A DNA stretch of 64,000 nucleotides from Heptranchias perlo (Eukaryota): the NCBI RefSeq assembly GCF_035084215.1, contig NW_027138451.1, positions 1,488,001 to 1,552,000 of the forward strand, given 5' to 3'. This document shows, piece by piece, positions 24,615 through 40,859 of this stretch. Made by a program: the position numbers and the translations under genes. Within the stretch, counting starts at the first letter, position 1, and every line of letters begins with the position of its first letter. The notes beneath the pieces are model-generated. The model worked only from the letters and a program-made list of their open reading frames with translations, was not told the DNA's origin and did no database searches.

Positions 24615-27600
24615 TGGACAGTATCAGATTGAGAAATGCTGTGACAGTGTAACCTGAGAAACAAATTAGATACCAGTTTATACTCATAGTGTGAGATTTA
24701 AAGATACAGTATCAATTCTATTAGCACAGACTGAGATACACATTCCACAGGAGTCCAAAAATCTAATAAAATAAAATTTAAAGTTTTAGTATCAATTCCT
24801 TTTGTGCAGACTGATCTTCACATTATGTACCAATTCAAAAATATCACCATATCAGTGTGAAAGATATATTATCATTCACAATATTACTCACAGACATATA
24901 GTCTGGTTGTCCAAAAAGCACACAAATCATCAAAGCATCAAATACTTAAGTGTATCCATATTCACCAATTAAATAATGAGAAAAACTATTTAAACATTAA
25001 GGTATTAAAGCTAAAGTATTGAACACGATAGTGTAATCTGAGAGAATAAATATCTACAGATACACAATGAATCTTACACTCACATAACGTACCAAAGACT
25101 GACAGAAGCAGAAGGAATCCCAAACTCACATACAGTACCAGAGACTGACAGATACAGAATGAATCCCACACTCACACACAGTACCAGAGACTGACAGATA
25201 CAGAATGAATCCCACACTCACACACAGTACCAGAGACTGACAGATACAGAATGAATCCCACACTCACACACAGTACCAGAGACTGAGGGATACAGAATGA
25301 ATCCCACACTCACACACAATACCAGAGGCTGACAGATACAGAATGAATCCCGCACTCACACACAGTACCAGAGACTGACAAATACAGAATGAATCCCACA
25401 CTCACACACAGTACCAGAGACTGAGAGATACAAAGTGAATCTCACAATCACCTCCATTAGTGCAGGCTGAGTTACAACTTACGTACCAGAGCAAAAATCT
25501 CACAGTTGCAGATTGAAAGATACCATTTCAATTCCATTAATGCAGGCTTAGTTACACATTAGGTACCAGGCCAAAAATCTCAGTGTCAGAATGAACGATA
25601 CAGTATCAATTCCATTAGTGCAGGCTGAGCTCCGCATTATGAACAACTACAAAAAAACTGATACAGATTCAGACTGAAATATACAGTGTTTTATTCATGC
25701 AGACTGAGCTCCACATTATATACAAGTTCAAAAATGTCACCATATCAGTTTGGAAGATGCACAAATTCACAATTGTGTTCCCATCGATATGGATTTAATG
25801 GAAGTCCAAAAATAGATGCCCACATTATCTGATTATATCCAATGGCATTACATTTTAAAATGTATCATTATCTACCAATTAATGACCGGGAAAAAATATT
25901 CATACATTAAGGCATTAAAGATACAGTTTTGAATGCCCTGCTGTAAACCGAGATACAAATTAGATAAAGATAAAGAATGAATCTCACACTTCGATGGACT
26001 GCCAGAGACTGACATATAGAATGAATCCAAAACACATACAATGTACCAGTGACTGACAGATTCAAAATTAATCCCACACTCACACACTGTAGCACAGACT
26101 GTCAGATACAGAATTTATATCACTCACATACAGCATCAGAAATTGATAGATACAGAATGAACGTCTCACCAACACACAATACCTGAGACTGACAGATACA
26201 GAATGAAGCCCACACCCACACACAATATCAGGGACTGACAGATACAGAATGAATCTCACGCTCACACACAGTACTACAGACTGACAGATAAAGCATGAAT
26301 ACCACATACACGCAGTACCAGAAACTGACAGATACAGAATGAATCCCACACTCACACACATTTCCAGAGACAGACAGATACAGAATGAATCCCACACTCA
26401 CAGACAGTACCAGAGACTGAAAGATACAGAATGAATCCCACACTCACACACAGTACCAGAGACTGACAGATACAGAATGAATCCCAAACTCAAAAACAGT
26501 ACCAGAGACTGACAGATACAGAATGAATCCCACACTCAAAAACAGTACCAGAGACTGACAGATACAGAATGAATCCCACACACAGTACCAGAGACTACGA
26601 GATACAGAATGAATCCCAAACTCACACACAGTACCAGAGACTGAAAGATACAGAATGAATCCCACACTCACACACAGTACCAGAGACTGAAAGATACAGA
26701 ATGAATCCCACACTCACATACAGTACCGGAAACTGACAGATACAGAATGAATCTCACAGTCCCATTACTGCAGACTGAGTTACACTTTACATACCAGTCC
26801 AAAGATCTCTTTGTGTCAGATTGAAAAATACACGATATAGTCCATTCGAGCAGACTGAGCTACATATTAGATATATTGGTAAATACTCAGAGTATGATAC
26901 TGAAATAAACAGTATCAATACCAATGGTACAGACTGAGCTACACATTACACACTGTTCCAAAAACCTCATAAATGATCAGACTGGAAGATACAGTTTCAA
27001 TTCTATTTGCACCGCCTGAGCTGTACATTACATACCAGACTGAAAATACGATCAAATGTTAGACTGAAAGGTACAGGATCGATTCCATGAGTGCAGACTG
27101 AGCCACACATAATATCGGGCAGTCCAACAATCTCATACCGTATCAGATTCAAAGATACAAAATCAAATCCATTAGCACAGACTGACCTATATGTTGCTCA
27201 CCAGTCCGAAAATCTCATACAGTATCAGATTGAAAGATTCAGTATCACTTCCACCATTGAAGACTGAGCTACACATTACATTCCAGTCCAAAAATCTCTT
27301 ACATTATCAGACTGATAGATACAGTATCAATTCCTTTAGTGCAGGACAGGCTACATATTACATACCAGTCCAAACATCTCATACAGTGTTAGACTCAGAT
27401 CGAGAATTCATCCCATTATTGCAGACTGAACTATACATTACATACCAGTGCAGTAATTTCACCGTGAACAGATTGAAAGGTACATTATCATTCACAATAG
27501 AGTTCAGGGATTAAGATGTAACACACATTGTTTGATGAAAGAAAATCGAAAAGTTTATCCATATTAACAATTTTAATAATCGACAAAGAACTGCATATAT

Positions 27601-29390
27601 TTAAAAGTATTAAAGATACAGTTTCAAATAAGATACTTTCAACTGAAATAAGAATATGAAATGAATTCAGACTTGCACATTGTCTCAGAGACTGAATTAC
27701 ACAATGAATCCCTCACTGAGATAAAGTAGCAGATAATGGCAGATATAGAATGAATCCCACACTCACATATAGTACCAGAGACTGACAGATACAGAATGAA
27801 CCTCGCACTCACAAACAGTACCAGAGACTGACAGATATACATTGAATCCATCACTTACATATAGTACCCCTGAGACTGACAGATGCAGAATATACCCCAT
27901 GCTCACAGACATTACCAGAGACTGACAGATACAGAATTAATCCCACACTCACATATAGCACCAGAGACTGACAGATACAGAATGAATCTTACAGTTACAT
28001 TACTGCAGACTGAGCTACACATTAAATACCAGTCCAAAAATCTCATAGGGTCACATTGAAAGATACAGCACCAATTCCATTGGTGCAGACTGAGCGACAT
28101 ATTCTATATATATAAATACTTATGTTATACTGAGATAAATATTATCAATACCATTGGTACAGACTGAGATACACATTACATACGAGTCCAAAATCAAATA
28201 AATGATCAGACTGGAAGATAGAGTTTAAATTCTATTAGCACCGCCTGAGCTAAACAGTATATAACACTCCAACAATCTCACACAATATTAGACTGAAAGA
28301 TACAGTACCAATTCCAGTAGCACAGACTGAGCTATATGTTACTCACCAGTCCAAAAATCTCATACAGTATTAGACTCAGATACAGAATTAATGCCATTAT
28401 TTCAGACTGAACGACACATTACATACCAGTCCAGTAATTTCACCATCAACAGATTGAAAGTTACATTATCACACACATGGATTAAAGAAAATCGAAAAGT
28501 GCATCCATATAAATAAATTAAATACTCCAGGAAGAACTGTATATATTTTGAAGTGGTAAAGATACAGTTTCAAATACGATACTGTGAACTGAAATAAGAA
28601 TATAGAATGAATCCAGACTTGCACATTGTCTCAGAGACTGAATTACAGAATGAATCCCACACTGAGATAAAGTAGCAGAGAATGGCAGATACAGAATGTA
28701 TCCCCCACATACACAGTCCCTCTCATATACAGTGCCAGAGATAGACAGATACAGAATAAACCCCACTCTCATTTACAGTGCCAGAGATAGACAGATACAG
28801 AATAAACCCCACTCTCATATACAGTGCCAGAGATAGACAGATACAGAATAAACCCCACTCTCATATACAGTGCCAGAGATAGACAGATACAGAATAAACC
28901 CCACTCTCATATACAGTGACAGAGATAGACAGATACAGAATAAACCCCACTCTCATATACAGTGACAGAGACTGACAGATACAGAATAAACCCCACTCTC
29001 ATATACAGTGACAGAGATAGACAGATACAGAATAAACCCACTCTCATATACAGTACCAGAGATAGACAGATACAGAATAAACCCCACTCTCATATAGAGT
29101 ACCAGAGATAGACAGATACAGAATAAACCCCACTCTCATATACAGTGCCAGAGATAGACAGATACAGAATAAACCCCACTCTCATATACAGTGCCAGAGA
29201 TAGACAGATACAGAATAAACCCCACTCTCATATACAGTGCCAGAGATAGACAGATACAGAATAAACCCCACTCTCATATACAGTACCAGAGACAGACAGA
29301 TACAGAATAAACCCCACTCTCATATACAGTACCAGAGACAGACAGATACAGAATAAACCCCACTCTCATATACAGTACCAGAGACTGACC
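24615..29390. repeat. Composite 44-bp/~80-bp satellite block (unit 2)
   Basis: Near-identical to 7940-12990 with different 44-mer copy numbers. Confidence 0.9.
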
Positions 29391-30282
29391 TCTACTGGAC
29401 GTAAGCGAGAACTGTAAAAGAGTGGAACAAATTCACATTATCTGTCATGGTGACAGAAACAGGAAAATGTGCAACATGTAATTTTCACTCTCGTATTTTT
29501 GCACTTTTTAATAGTGAAAAATGAAGATAATTGATTAATAATAAAGTTTTTGCTTCACTCATTCAATAGTTGTCAATTTGCTCGATCATATTTCACTGTA
29601 CATTGCACAGTATTTCTCTCTGATTTCTCAGGACACGAGTTACATTGCTCTTCTGCCCATTTAGACTGTTATTTTCCAAACAGTATGTGGCCTCCTTATT
29701 CCCCCTAACGAAATGTAGCATCGCAAACCTTTCTATATTGAGATTCAATGGCCATTTGCACAGCCTTCTGCAAGTTTATTTTGCCGCAGTCTTCCTCAGT
29801 ATTGAATATACCCCAAAATCAATTACAAGAATTTAACACAGCATTACAACTAATGTTTGGTCTAACAAAATGTACTTGCAGCTCGTCTCCATTCCCAGTT
29901 TTTCTCAATCCCACCCGTGCAATATAATGTGAAGAATGAGTTTCTGTTCTGTCCCTCTCTCATCTTCAAACTTCACTGTCCCGGGGTTTGGGGACATCTA
30001 CAGGCCGCAAGCAGAACTGATACAGTTCGGAACAAATTGCTGAAAGCGGACAGTGTGCGGTGTGAGCGTGTTTGTGATTGGTGGCAGATACTGAATCTGA
30101 TTGGATATTGGAGGAAACCAATCAGAGAGTTACAGTTAATAATTATTGTGACCTCACTCCCAATGACCCAATCACAATCATTGCCCTCCCCATCCCTCAT
30201 TACCATAGGTCTGTGGGACTGTCTATTTAATCCGAGCTCGGAGCGGATTGGGTCATTTCTGGGTCTGAAATTGAGTTTGGAA

Positions 30283-30657
30283 ATGCCGGAGGACAAGAAA
30301 GCAGCTCCCAAGAAGGGCGCCAAGAAAACCTTGAGTAAAGCACCAGGCAAAGGCGGCAAGAAGCGGAGAAAGTCGAGGAAGGAGAGTTACGGCATCTACA
30401 TCTACAAAGTGATGAAGCAGGTTCACCCGGACACCGGCATCTCCTCCAAGGCCATGGGCATCATGAACTCCTTTGTGAGCGATATTTTCGAGCGCATCGC
30501 GGGTGAAGCTTCCCGCCTGGCCCATTACAACAAGCGGGCGACCATCAGCTCCCGGGAGATCCAGACCGCCGTGCGCCTGCTGCTGCCCGGGGAACTGGCC
30601 AAGCACGCCGTGTCAGAAGGGACAAAGGCGGTGACCAAATACACCAGCTGCAAGTAA
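30283..30657 (+). CDS. H2B: Histone H2B (C-terminus YTSCK)
   Basis: Intact ORF. Stem-loop at 30693-30708. Confidence 0.98.
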   Translation: MPEDKKAAPKKGAKKTLSKAPGKGGKKRRKSRKESYGIYIYKVMKQVHPDTGISSKAMGIMNSFVSDIFERIAGEASRLAHYNKRATISSREIQTAVRLLLPGELAKHAVSEGTKAVTKYTSCK

Positions 30658-31803
30658 AGCTCCACAAACAACTGAAAAAAAATAAACACAAAGGCTCTTT
30701 TAAGAGCCACCCACAGTCTCTCTGAAGACGCTGTACCGACACCTCTGTATGGAATCATTTTACTGGAGATAGTTTGGTACTAGCTGTCTCTATAACGGCA
30801 ATTGTTACTAGCTCAATTGCTCAATTTATATCTGAGATAGATAGGTTTTTGGCACCAAGAGTATTAAGGGATACTGGCCATTGGCGGTTATATGGAGTTA
30901 GATCACAGATCAGCCGTGATCTTATCAAATGGCGGAGCAGGAAAGAGGGGCTGAATGGCCTACTCCTGATCCTATGTTCTTGTGCTTTTGTAATTTCTCT
31001 TGAAATCTGGAAGATTCTCGTATTCACTGCCCGCTATAATCTGTGTGTCGCTTTTTTATTTAGTCCCAATAACCAAAAACGTGTCCCTGATCCTCTCATT
31101 CCCGCTCATATTCCGCCCCTTCCCCCGCATCTGCCCCGTCAGAGCCGTTTTGAGGCGGGGGATTAGATTCAGTCATTTCTTTCTCCATTTCACTTTTGTT
31201 TGTTCATTATTCGGGAATCTCACTTTCAGAACCGCAATCCTTTGTAATGCAGCAATCCCGAAAGGGTGTTCACACCGAGTACAGAATAGTCTAAAGGCTC
31301 TCTCACTGTTCCACTTCTTACACCAGGAGTCTTGGCTCCGGTTTCGATCCCGCAGCAGCTCCTGTGAACAGGGATCAATCCACAATCTGGGGTTTGTTAC
31401 TTTTACAAAGATTGAGCTGGAATCTGTCCCGTTACAAAATGGGACTTTATTCCCGCCCGATTGACAGCGAACGCTGAATGAAGGCGGATGTTAACCGGAT
31501 TGTAAAAGATTCTGGAAGTTGTGACGGGAAATGGGGAATAACAGAGTTAAAGGAGAGAGATTTTTCAATCTTTCTCTGTACGCGACATTATTTACTAAAT
31601 CCGCTTCTTGTGTTGGAAATATATTGGCGGGCTTTTCAAATTTCAAAAACTGTTCAGTTCGGGATTTTCCGCCCTTTTCTCATTGCCTGCTATTGATTGG
31701 TGAATAAAGCAGCTCTCGGATTGGCTCAACGAACAGCCCAATGAGATTGAGAGCAGGTGGACCAATCACAAGTGCCTCCACTGTACTCCTCCAGAAGGTA
31801 TAA

Positions 31804-32253
<450 letters not shown>

Positions 32254-33213
32254 AGCGGCCAAGACTTAACCTGATAACCCAAAGGCTCTTTTCAGAGCCA
32301 CCCACTGTATCTATGAAAGGGCTGGTTACTTTCTGAAGAGAGTCAGGAATCAATTTAATAAGAACTTGATTCCGATTCGAGAACTAACAATAACTTGTTA
32401 AATACAAATGATCCATTTCGGTCTGTTGAAGTTTTCGCTTCCGGACAGCAGAGGTCGCCAATCTGCAATAGATTGAAATTTGCAGTTTGTCTGGTGAATG
32501 AGACAAAATATCAGAATTGTCATTAAACTGGGCGGGAGGGATACAGAAATACCAGGGATGTATCAAGATACATTCTGTTGTGTTCTACCCAATATTATTT
32601 ACAGTCTCATCCTCCGACAACACTTGCTCGGTCTGTATTATTTTACCCAGATTTGTACAACAGAAGCTGACTGATGAGTTGATTAATGTGTCAGCGATCA
32701 CTGAATCAAGAATGTGAGCGAAATTTGCCCGTGTTATTGGATGTGATTGAGGGATTGATTCTGTCCCTGTCAGACTTTTCCTGTGTCAGTTACGAGCATC
32801 AGTGAATGTAACACTAATGTTTTACACTGTTCCTGATTCTAGCGCTGAGAGAGAGCAAGACACACTTTGCCTTTGGATCTATTAGTGCGAGTTACACTGA
32901 AACAGTCTCTGTCACTGTAGCTGCAGGGAGACAATAGACTGAAACGTCATGTGATCCGAGTCTGGTTCCTTACATCCAGCATGGGTTTCAGATCCCGTCC
33001 GATTGCACCTGTCCTTCAGTGCTGGACTCAAATGTCCAGTAAAGTGTTGGGAGTGAGGCTCGAACTTTTAAACGCCTGACTCCGACATTCGAGTGTTTCT
33101 GTGAACTGCACGGCCCTGCGATTTCAACCCAGGAGATCACAGCTCTTTCCTTTGCTGATTTGGTGGCTCTGAAAAGAGCCTTTGTTGCACTTGGTGCTGA
33201 AGCCGGGTCGGGT

Positions 33214-34045
<832 letters not shown>

Positions 34046-34789
34046 TTGAACCGAGCTCTGACAGTCAGAACGAAAGGGCGGGAGTTCTTGTGACCCAATT
34101 GGCTGAGGTGAAATTAATCATCAATTTCAAAAAGCCCGCCAATTTCAGAGCATCAAATAACAGTTTGAAGAAAATCTCATTTCCCTCCAGCAATGTAAGA
34201 ATCTCTCTCTTTATAATCTCCATTATTTCCCACTCCTCAGCTCAAATCTCAGGCTGGTTCACATTCCGGTTCATTCTCTGACCTGTCTGTAAACGGGCGG
34301 GAATAAAGCCCCGCTCATTGCTTTCTGGAACGGGAAAAAGTCCAGCTTCAAATTCAAAAATCCCGCCAGTTCCGACCCGGTGAACCGCTCCTCACACAGA
34401 AACTTCACATTGAACTGATAATTGAATGAGGGCAGGGAATGAACACCGAGCAGAGAGGACACAGCGGGAGAGGGAGTGAGGCGGGATTTTACTCTGAGCG
34501 GAGAATGTAATGTCTGGGGAAAGACTCTGCATCCCCGCCTGTTCATTTATACCGTGAAACCGGGAACTCCGCTCCTTCTCTCGGGATGGCCGAGAACCCC
34601 GGTCGTTTTTCAGATCTCCCTGTAACGAGTGCTGGAGAAATATCCCCACATTAATAGATTATCGGAAACTCCTTCCCGGCCCGAGATCTTCCTTCTCCCC
34701 CCTTCCCAGATCACTGCTCTCTCTGTGAGGCGGTGGGCGGCTCTGAGAAGAGCCTTTGTTCTGTGTTTGGTTGGAAAGTGTCGAGTCGT

Positions 34790-35110
<321 letters not shown>

Positions 35111-35212
35111 TCACTGAAATCGCTGTTGAATGAACAGCGAACTTGTGCTGGTTCTGTTTTTATGCAGCCTGACCCGACCTGAGTGAAACATGTACAGAGT
35201 GAAAGAGGGAGG

Positions 35213-35803
35213 GGAGGAGACAGAATGGGATATTAAACAGAGAGGGGAGGAGACAGAGTGAGATATTAAACAGAGAGGGGAGGAGAGAGAGTGAGATATT
35301 AAACAGAGAGGGGAGGAGAGAGAGTGAGATATTAAACAGAGAGGGGAGGAGACAGAATGGGATATTAAACAGAGAGGGGAGGAGACAGAGTGAGATATTA
35401 AACAGAGAGGGGAGGAGAGAGAGTGAGATATTAAACAGAGAGTGGAGGAGACAGAGTGAGATATTAAACAGAGAGTGGAGGAGACAGAGTGAGATATTAA
35501 ACAGAGAGGGGAGGAGACAGAGTGAGATATTAAACAGAGAGGGGAGGAGAGAGAGTGAGATATTAAACAGAGAGGGGAGGAGAGAGAGTGAGATATTAAA
35601 CAGAGAGGGGAGGAGACAGAGTGAGACATTAAACAGAGAGGGAAGGAGACAGAGTGAGATATTAAACAGAGAGGGGAGGAGACAGAGTGAGACATTAAAC
35701 AGAGAGGGGAGGAGACAGAGTGAGATATTAAACAGAGAGGGGAGGAGAGAGAGTGAGACATTAAACAGAGAGGGGAGGAGACAGAGTGAGACATTAAACG
35801 GAG
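35213..35803. repeat. 33-bp minisatellite upstream of H4, ~18 copies
   Basis: TAAAC from 35234 to 35795 at 33-bp period. Confidence 0.95.
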
Positions 35804-36330
35804 GGGCGGAGAGAGTCAGAGTGACGGACAGTGCGGTCTCTGATCTTCCAGCTCCACCTCCAGCTTTCTCCAACCGCCAATTTCAAACCGTTTATCGATA
35901 ACTGAACCGAAACACAGCGCTCCGCACAAACCCTTACAGACTCCGCCTTCATATTTAAGAATTCCCAGAAACCCGGAGCTTTTAAATAAGCCCCGTTACA
36001 ATTAACAGTCAGTAATATTCCTGCCTGAATACAGTCCCTTCTATAACTAGTCAACCCGCCTCCTTCCATTTCAGTCCCAGACCCGATTCTATTCCCCCAC
36101 ACATCCCCTCCCAGACCGGTTCAGCAGTTCATAAACACATTATTCCAGCTGATTTGGAGAATCTCATGTGTTGCGGTTTGAATTGTGATAGCGACGGATC
36201 TCCGTCAGTTTTACTCTGTCACGGATTCTCGCCCTGAATCTGTGAGAAAAAAATGAACTGGGAGAGAAGGTGAACACGCCCCAGTTACAGTGAGGCCCGG
36301 CCCGGATATCCCATTCTCCCTATTTTATAT

Positions 36331-36453
36331 AATTGTAAACAATTTTACAACACCAAGTTATAGTCCAGCAATTTTATTTTAAATTCACAAGCTTTCGGAG
36401 ACTTCCTCCTTCCTCAGGTAAATGTTTCAGGAGCTCATGAGTTTCAGGAGTAA
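36331..36453 (-). mobile_element. Penelope-like short element with hammerhead motif (36384-36422)
   Basis: Minus strand reads TTTAC-CTGAGGA-A-GGAGG-AAG-TCTCC-GAAA-GCTT-GTGAA. 9-bp TSD ATTTTATAT (36322-36330, 36454-36462). The empty site is visible at ~20200 and ~57405. Confidence 0.85.
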
Positions 36454-36645
36454 ATTTTATATCAGACAGTGGGAGTGGGGCGGGTGTAGCGAATGTCAGC
36501 GAGTCACCAGGACCCTGGGTTTATTGTAAATGATTTCTATCTGAAACCTGAGCCCGGCCCCGGGACAGGAATCATCTGATTCCGGGATCAGCTCTTTTCT
36601 GAGAGACGTGGGTGGCTCTGAGAAGAGCCGTTGGGTTCAGATTTT

Positions 36646-37266
36646 TTACTTCTTTTTGCCCGCTGCTTTCTGAGGCTTTGCTGACTTCTGCTTGGGCTTG
36701 GCCCTCGGTTTTTGCACCTTCTTCGCCTTTACTGTCTTGGGGGTCTTGGGCTTCTTAACAGCCGCTTTCTTCTTATTTGGGGATTTCGCCGCCTTCTTTG
36801 TGGTCGATTTCTTGACCGCTGGTTTCTTGGCCGCTGGTTTCTTCGCCGTTAATTTCTTGGCTGCTGTTTTCGTTGCCGCTAGTTTCTTTCCGGGAGATTT
36901 CTTGGTTCCTTGTTTCTTCAGCTTCTTTCTCACTTTTGCCTGGGTTTCCTTCTTAGCGACTCTGAAGGAGCCCGAGGCGCCCGTGCCCTTGATCTGCACC
37001 AGGGAGCCTTTTTCCACATTTCTCTTGATACTTAGTTTGATCTGGGACCGGTGCTTCTCCACATCCAGGCCTTTGGTAGCCAGAACCTTCTTTATCGCGG
37101 CCAGGGATATCCCCTTGCGATCCTTGCAATCCGCCACAATCTTGAGGATCTGTTCTCCCAAACTGGGACCGGCTGTCTTGGGTCGGAGAACCGCCTTCTT
37201 CTTCTTCGGAGCATTGGTTTGAGCGGCGGTGGGAGCTGCCGTTACGGCGGCTGCAGTATCTGTCAT
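36646..37266 (-). CDS. H1: Linker histone H1 (206 aa)
   Basis: Intact ORF. Stem-loop at 36614-36629. Confidence 0.96.
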   Translation of the reverse strand: MTDTAAAVTAAPTAAQTNAPKKKKAVLRPKTAGPSLGEQILKIVADCKDRKGISLAAIKKVLATKGLDVEKHRSQIKLSIKRNVEKGSLVQIKGTGASGSFRVAKKETQAKVRKKLKKQGTKKSPGKKLAATKTAAKKLTAKKPAAKKPAVKKSTTKKAAKSPNKKKAAVKKPKTPKTVKAKKVQKPRAKPKQKSAKPQKAAGKKK

Positions 37267-39432
37267 GTCCTGGACGCTGGAGAAAATCTCTGACAGTCAG
37301 AGCTGGGTCAGAAATGAAACGAGAGGCGGCGGCACAGAGCGGACGGGGCGGAGACACCCTGCTGTCAGCTCCCGGCCCCTCCAGCCTCTCTGTGTTTCTC
37401 TCTCCTCTTAAACTCCCCGATTCTTATTAAAATCGGGCACTCCAGAGTCCCAGACTAGCCCCTTCCCATCTCTAACACCGGAATGTTTGCTGTCCAAAAA
37501 CTTTCACCGTAATTAAAAGCACCAGTTTCGATTGAAACCCGTTTCATTGCTGCACTGATCGCGCTCTCTCACATGATCGCTGACATGATCTCTGTTTTTC
37601 GGCTGAAATCTTGAATTGAACTAAAACCGTACCTTAAATTTTCACTTCGGGTCTCGGCAGGGGAGGAGGGCGATCCTTTGACAGGGATTTTTAAAAATTT
37701 TACTCAAAAGGGACTCGGACACCCGGCGATGAGGCCGGACACACAAACACAGTGACATTAATCTAACCCGCCCGACCCTTTAACACACTCTCTCTGACAC
37801 AATGTTCACATCTGTCCATTCACAGGACAAACTGTTCACCAGATTGACAATTCCCGGGACAGGCTTTCTTCCCCGCTCGGCCTGAGCTGCGGATTCTCGG
37901 GGGTTAGTTGTAGTTTCCCAGTTCAGTAACTGTGAAACACTCTGAGGCCGGCGCTCCTCACAGTCTCTGGTCCCCAGATTCAGGAGCAGGAGCCAATCAC
38001 AGCTGTGACTGTGATAATCCATGTCTGGTTTTACATAATTATATTGTTCGCACACAGAAATATGTTTGGTTAAGTTGAAAATTCAAATTATCCGCTCTGG
38101 GCTCCTCCAGTCTCTCTGTGTTTCCTTCTCCTGCGAAACTGACTGACAGACAAGAGTAACTGGTGTCCTATCCATCCCATTCTCCACACCCAGAGACGGC
38201 GAGTTACTGAATAAATTCAACACTCACAGACAGTCCGGAGTCAGACAGTTACAGGCTGTTACCCTCCACCTATCCTTACAGGACTGGAGACGGATAAATG
38301 CACCGTCAGACCGGCTCATATATAATAGAAGGGACAGTAATCGTCTCACCAACAGCACACAGACACAGAATCACTCTTTCACTTTCTATCAGTGTGTCTA
38401 TATTACGCTCAGTAACAGTATCCCGCATTCATGTGCAGAACTGGAGAGAGAGAGAGACGGACCGGCAGATAAACGGACAGACAGAGAGACAGTCAGACAC
38501 ACACAGTATCAGTCTCACACTTCCCATCAGTGTGTCCGTTTCACGCTCAGTAAACATTATCCCACCTTCATGTACAGCGCTTGAGAGACAGAGATACAGA
38601 CAGACACAGTATCAGTCTCACACTTCCCATCAGTGTGTCTGTATCATGCTCAATAACAGTATCCCAACTCCATATACAGTAGATGAGGGACAGAAAAACT
38701 GACCTGTTGTGAGCGGTTTTCACCCAGTAATAAATAGGGAACTATTCCATTCCAACTGCTATTCCAAGGTGCAGTGACAGAAGATACAGTCTCATCTCTA
38801 AATGATCTTATTCGAGAGAGCGACACATTATTAATCCCACTCTCAGGGACTGTGTCACACATTTAACGCTCTCTTGCATGTTGTACCCTCTGTAATCTTG
38901 CAGCAGAGGGCCGTTCAGTATTAATCTCAGTGACCGAGAGTTTCACTCCAATTGAAATAAACTGGGACTGTTGCTGTCAGATGTTCATCCTGCACAGTCT
39001 CAGCAAATACACCGACTCCCACTTTCCTCCCATGTTTCTCCAGGATTGGTTTGAGAAATCCTCCCTCCAGTTTCGGGATCAGGCGTTACTTTATCAGTGA
39101 AGGGGCCAAGAATGAACAGAACGCATTGGCTCATTCCACAGCCTCCCACGTTATCTCTGAAAGACACTTTCCCATCAAAAGATCCCGAGAGAAACAGCAG
39201 TGATGGAAACATCTAGTTTCAGAGTTGGAGATTGGAAAGTCAGTCTGGATTCCAGCGTGAGGCACTGGTGGAATCCCATCTGTTTCCCATTCTGGTGCCT
39301 GTTCCTGCACTGCCTGTGGACCCCATTCCCTCTGACCTTTCCCCCAGACCCACTTCCTTTGCTCAGACTCGGAAAAATTCCAATTGGGGAAAGATTCCAT
39401 CGATTTCTGGATTGGGAATTAAACCAGATATC

Positions 39433-39556
39433 TGCGCATGCGTGACTCAGCCCCGCCCCCAGCGCTGGTTGGTGGTGAGCAGAAGAGCGCATGCGCGCTG
39501 CCCTCCCCCAGCCCGGCCTGTGGGCGCCATTCCCTCAGTGAGCGGAAGAAGATGGT
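39433..39556 (+). promoter_or_regulatory. GC-rich non-histone promoter (copy 3)
   Basis: Same motif set as copy 1. Confidence 0.6.
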
Positions 39557-40387
39557 TTAAAACAGGCGGGAATGGAGAGATCACGGCCCCCGGGGGAAGG
39601 GAGCAAAGAGCAGCCTCGTTACAGCAGCTCATCGCTCCGGGACCGTGTCCGCAGATGGGCTCAGAGATCGGCATTGAGTCCGGGGGAAGGGCAGGGGGAG
39701 TCCGGGGGCTGTTTGTAAGAGGCGGAGTGGATCAGGAACTGGTCCCGGAACATGGAGTGAGAGGGGGGGCGGAAGGGAGAGGTCATTCTCGGGCTGTGTG
39801 TGGACAGGGTGTGTCCAGGGGAAGGGAGAGAGAATGGGAAGAAGCTGCTATTAAAATCATTGCTGCTTTCTCTCCCCAAACCAGGAGTGAATGGTCCTGG
39901 TTTAGTTCCAGTCTCCCCCTGTTTATTGTTATTGGACAGTGAAGAGTGGAAACAGAGCCGGACAGTCAGGATGTGGGGAGTTATACAAAGAGCATCTATT
40001 GCAGGCACCAGGTGAGAAGTGTGAAGGAGACATTTTAAACAGCGGCTGTTTGCTTTCAGTTGAACGGTTAGTCCCCTGGGAGAGGGGATTAGAAACCTGA
40101 CCTGCACAAAGGTCCCTGCCCCATCGGGTAGTCCCATTCATGGATCAGTGCAGGGGTTGGGTTGTGTCTGGATATCACTAAATTGTTTTAAAATCGCGCA
40201 AAACACCTGGTATTCAGAAGCTGAGTGCTGCAGTACTGCAGTGGAGTCAGACACTGACTCTGTTTGTATCACTGGTTTTCATTTGTGGGTATTCAAGATA
40301 ATTATTGACAGAGATATTAAACTGATCACTTTTGTATTTTCTACCTCACCTGTTCTTGAGTTACAAGAGATACGTTTCTTTCTACAG

Positions 40388-40609
40388 GCAAACCCTTGAA
40401 GGATCCAGAATGAATGTGAAGTTTCCTCCACCCGAGGCAAAGGAAGAGTGCAGCCAGCTCCTCACACACAGTAGGTATATTATCACTCACAGAGCACAGA
40501 GACACAGACAGGTCATCAGGTCCACAGTCTCAGACAGAAGAGGTAGTCAGTCCCACACTGATCCCAGGTTCCAGAGACACATTTTCAATCCAACAGTCAA
40601 ACAGAGCAG
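40388..40609 (+). other. Putative 222-nt exon (copy 3)
   Basis: CTACAG|G ... CAG|GTGAGG. Confidence 0.45.
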
Positions 40610-40859
40610 GTGAGGCAGACGCTGTTTCCATTTCCCCCGAAATCAGTCCCGCTGACAGGAAGATCCAAAAATCCCAGTCCAAAGTCACACTTTCAGATTG
40701 TCAATTTCACAAAAGGGCAACATTATCCGTGAATTAAATACCAGATACCCCGAGATTACAATTGAATACTGGCCCAGAACTCTCACACACACGTGAGTTT
40801 AATACATGCAGTATCCATTCGAATAGCGGATCATGAGATACAAATTGCAAGTCCAAAAC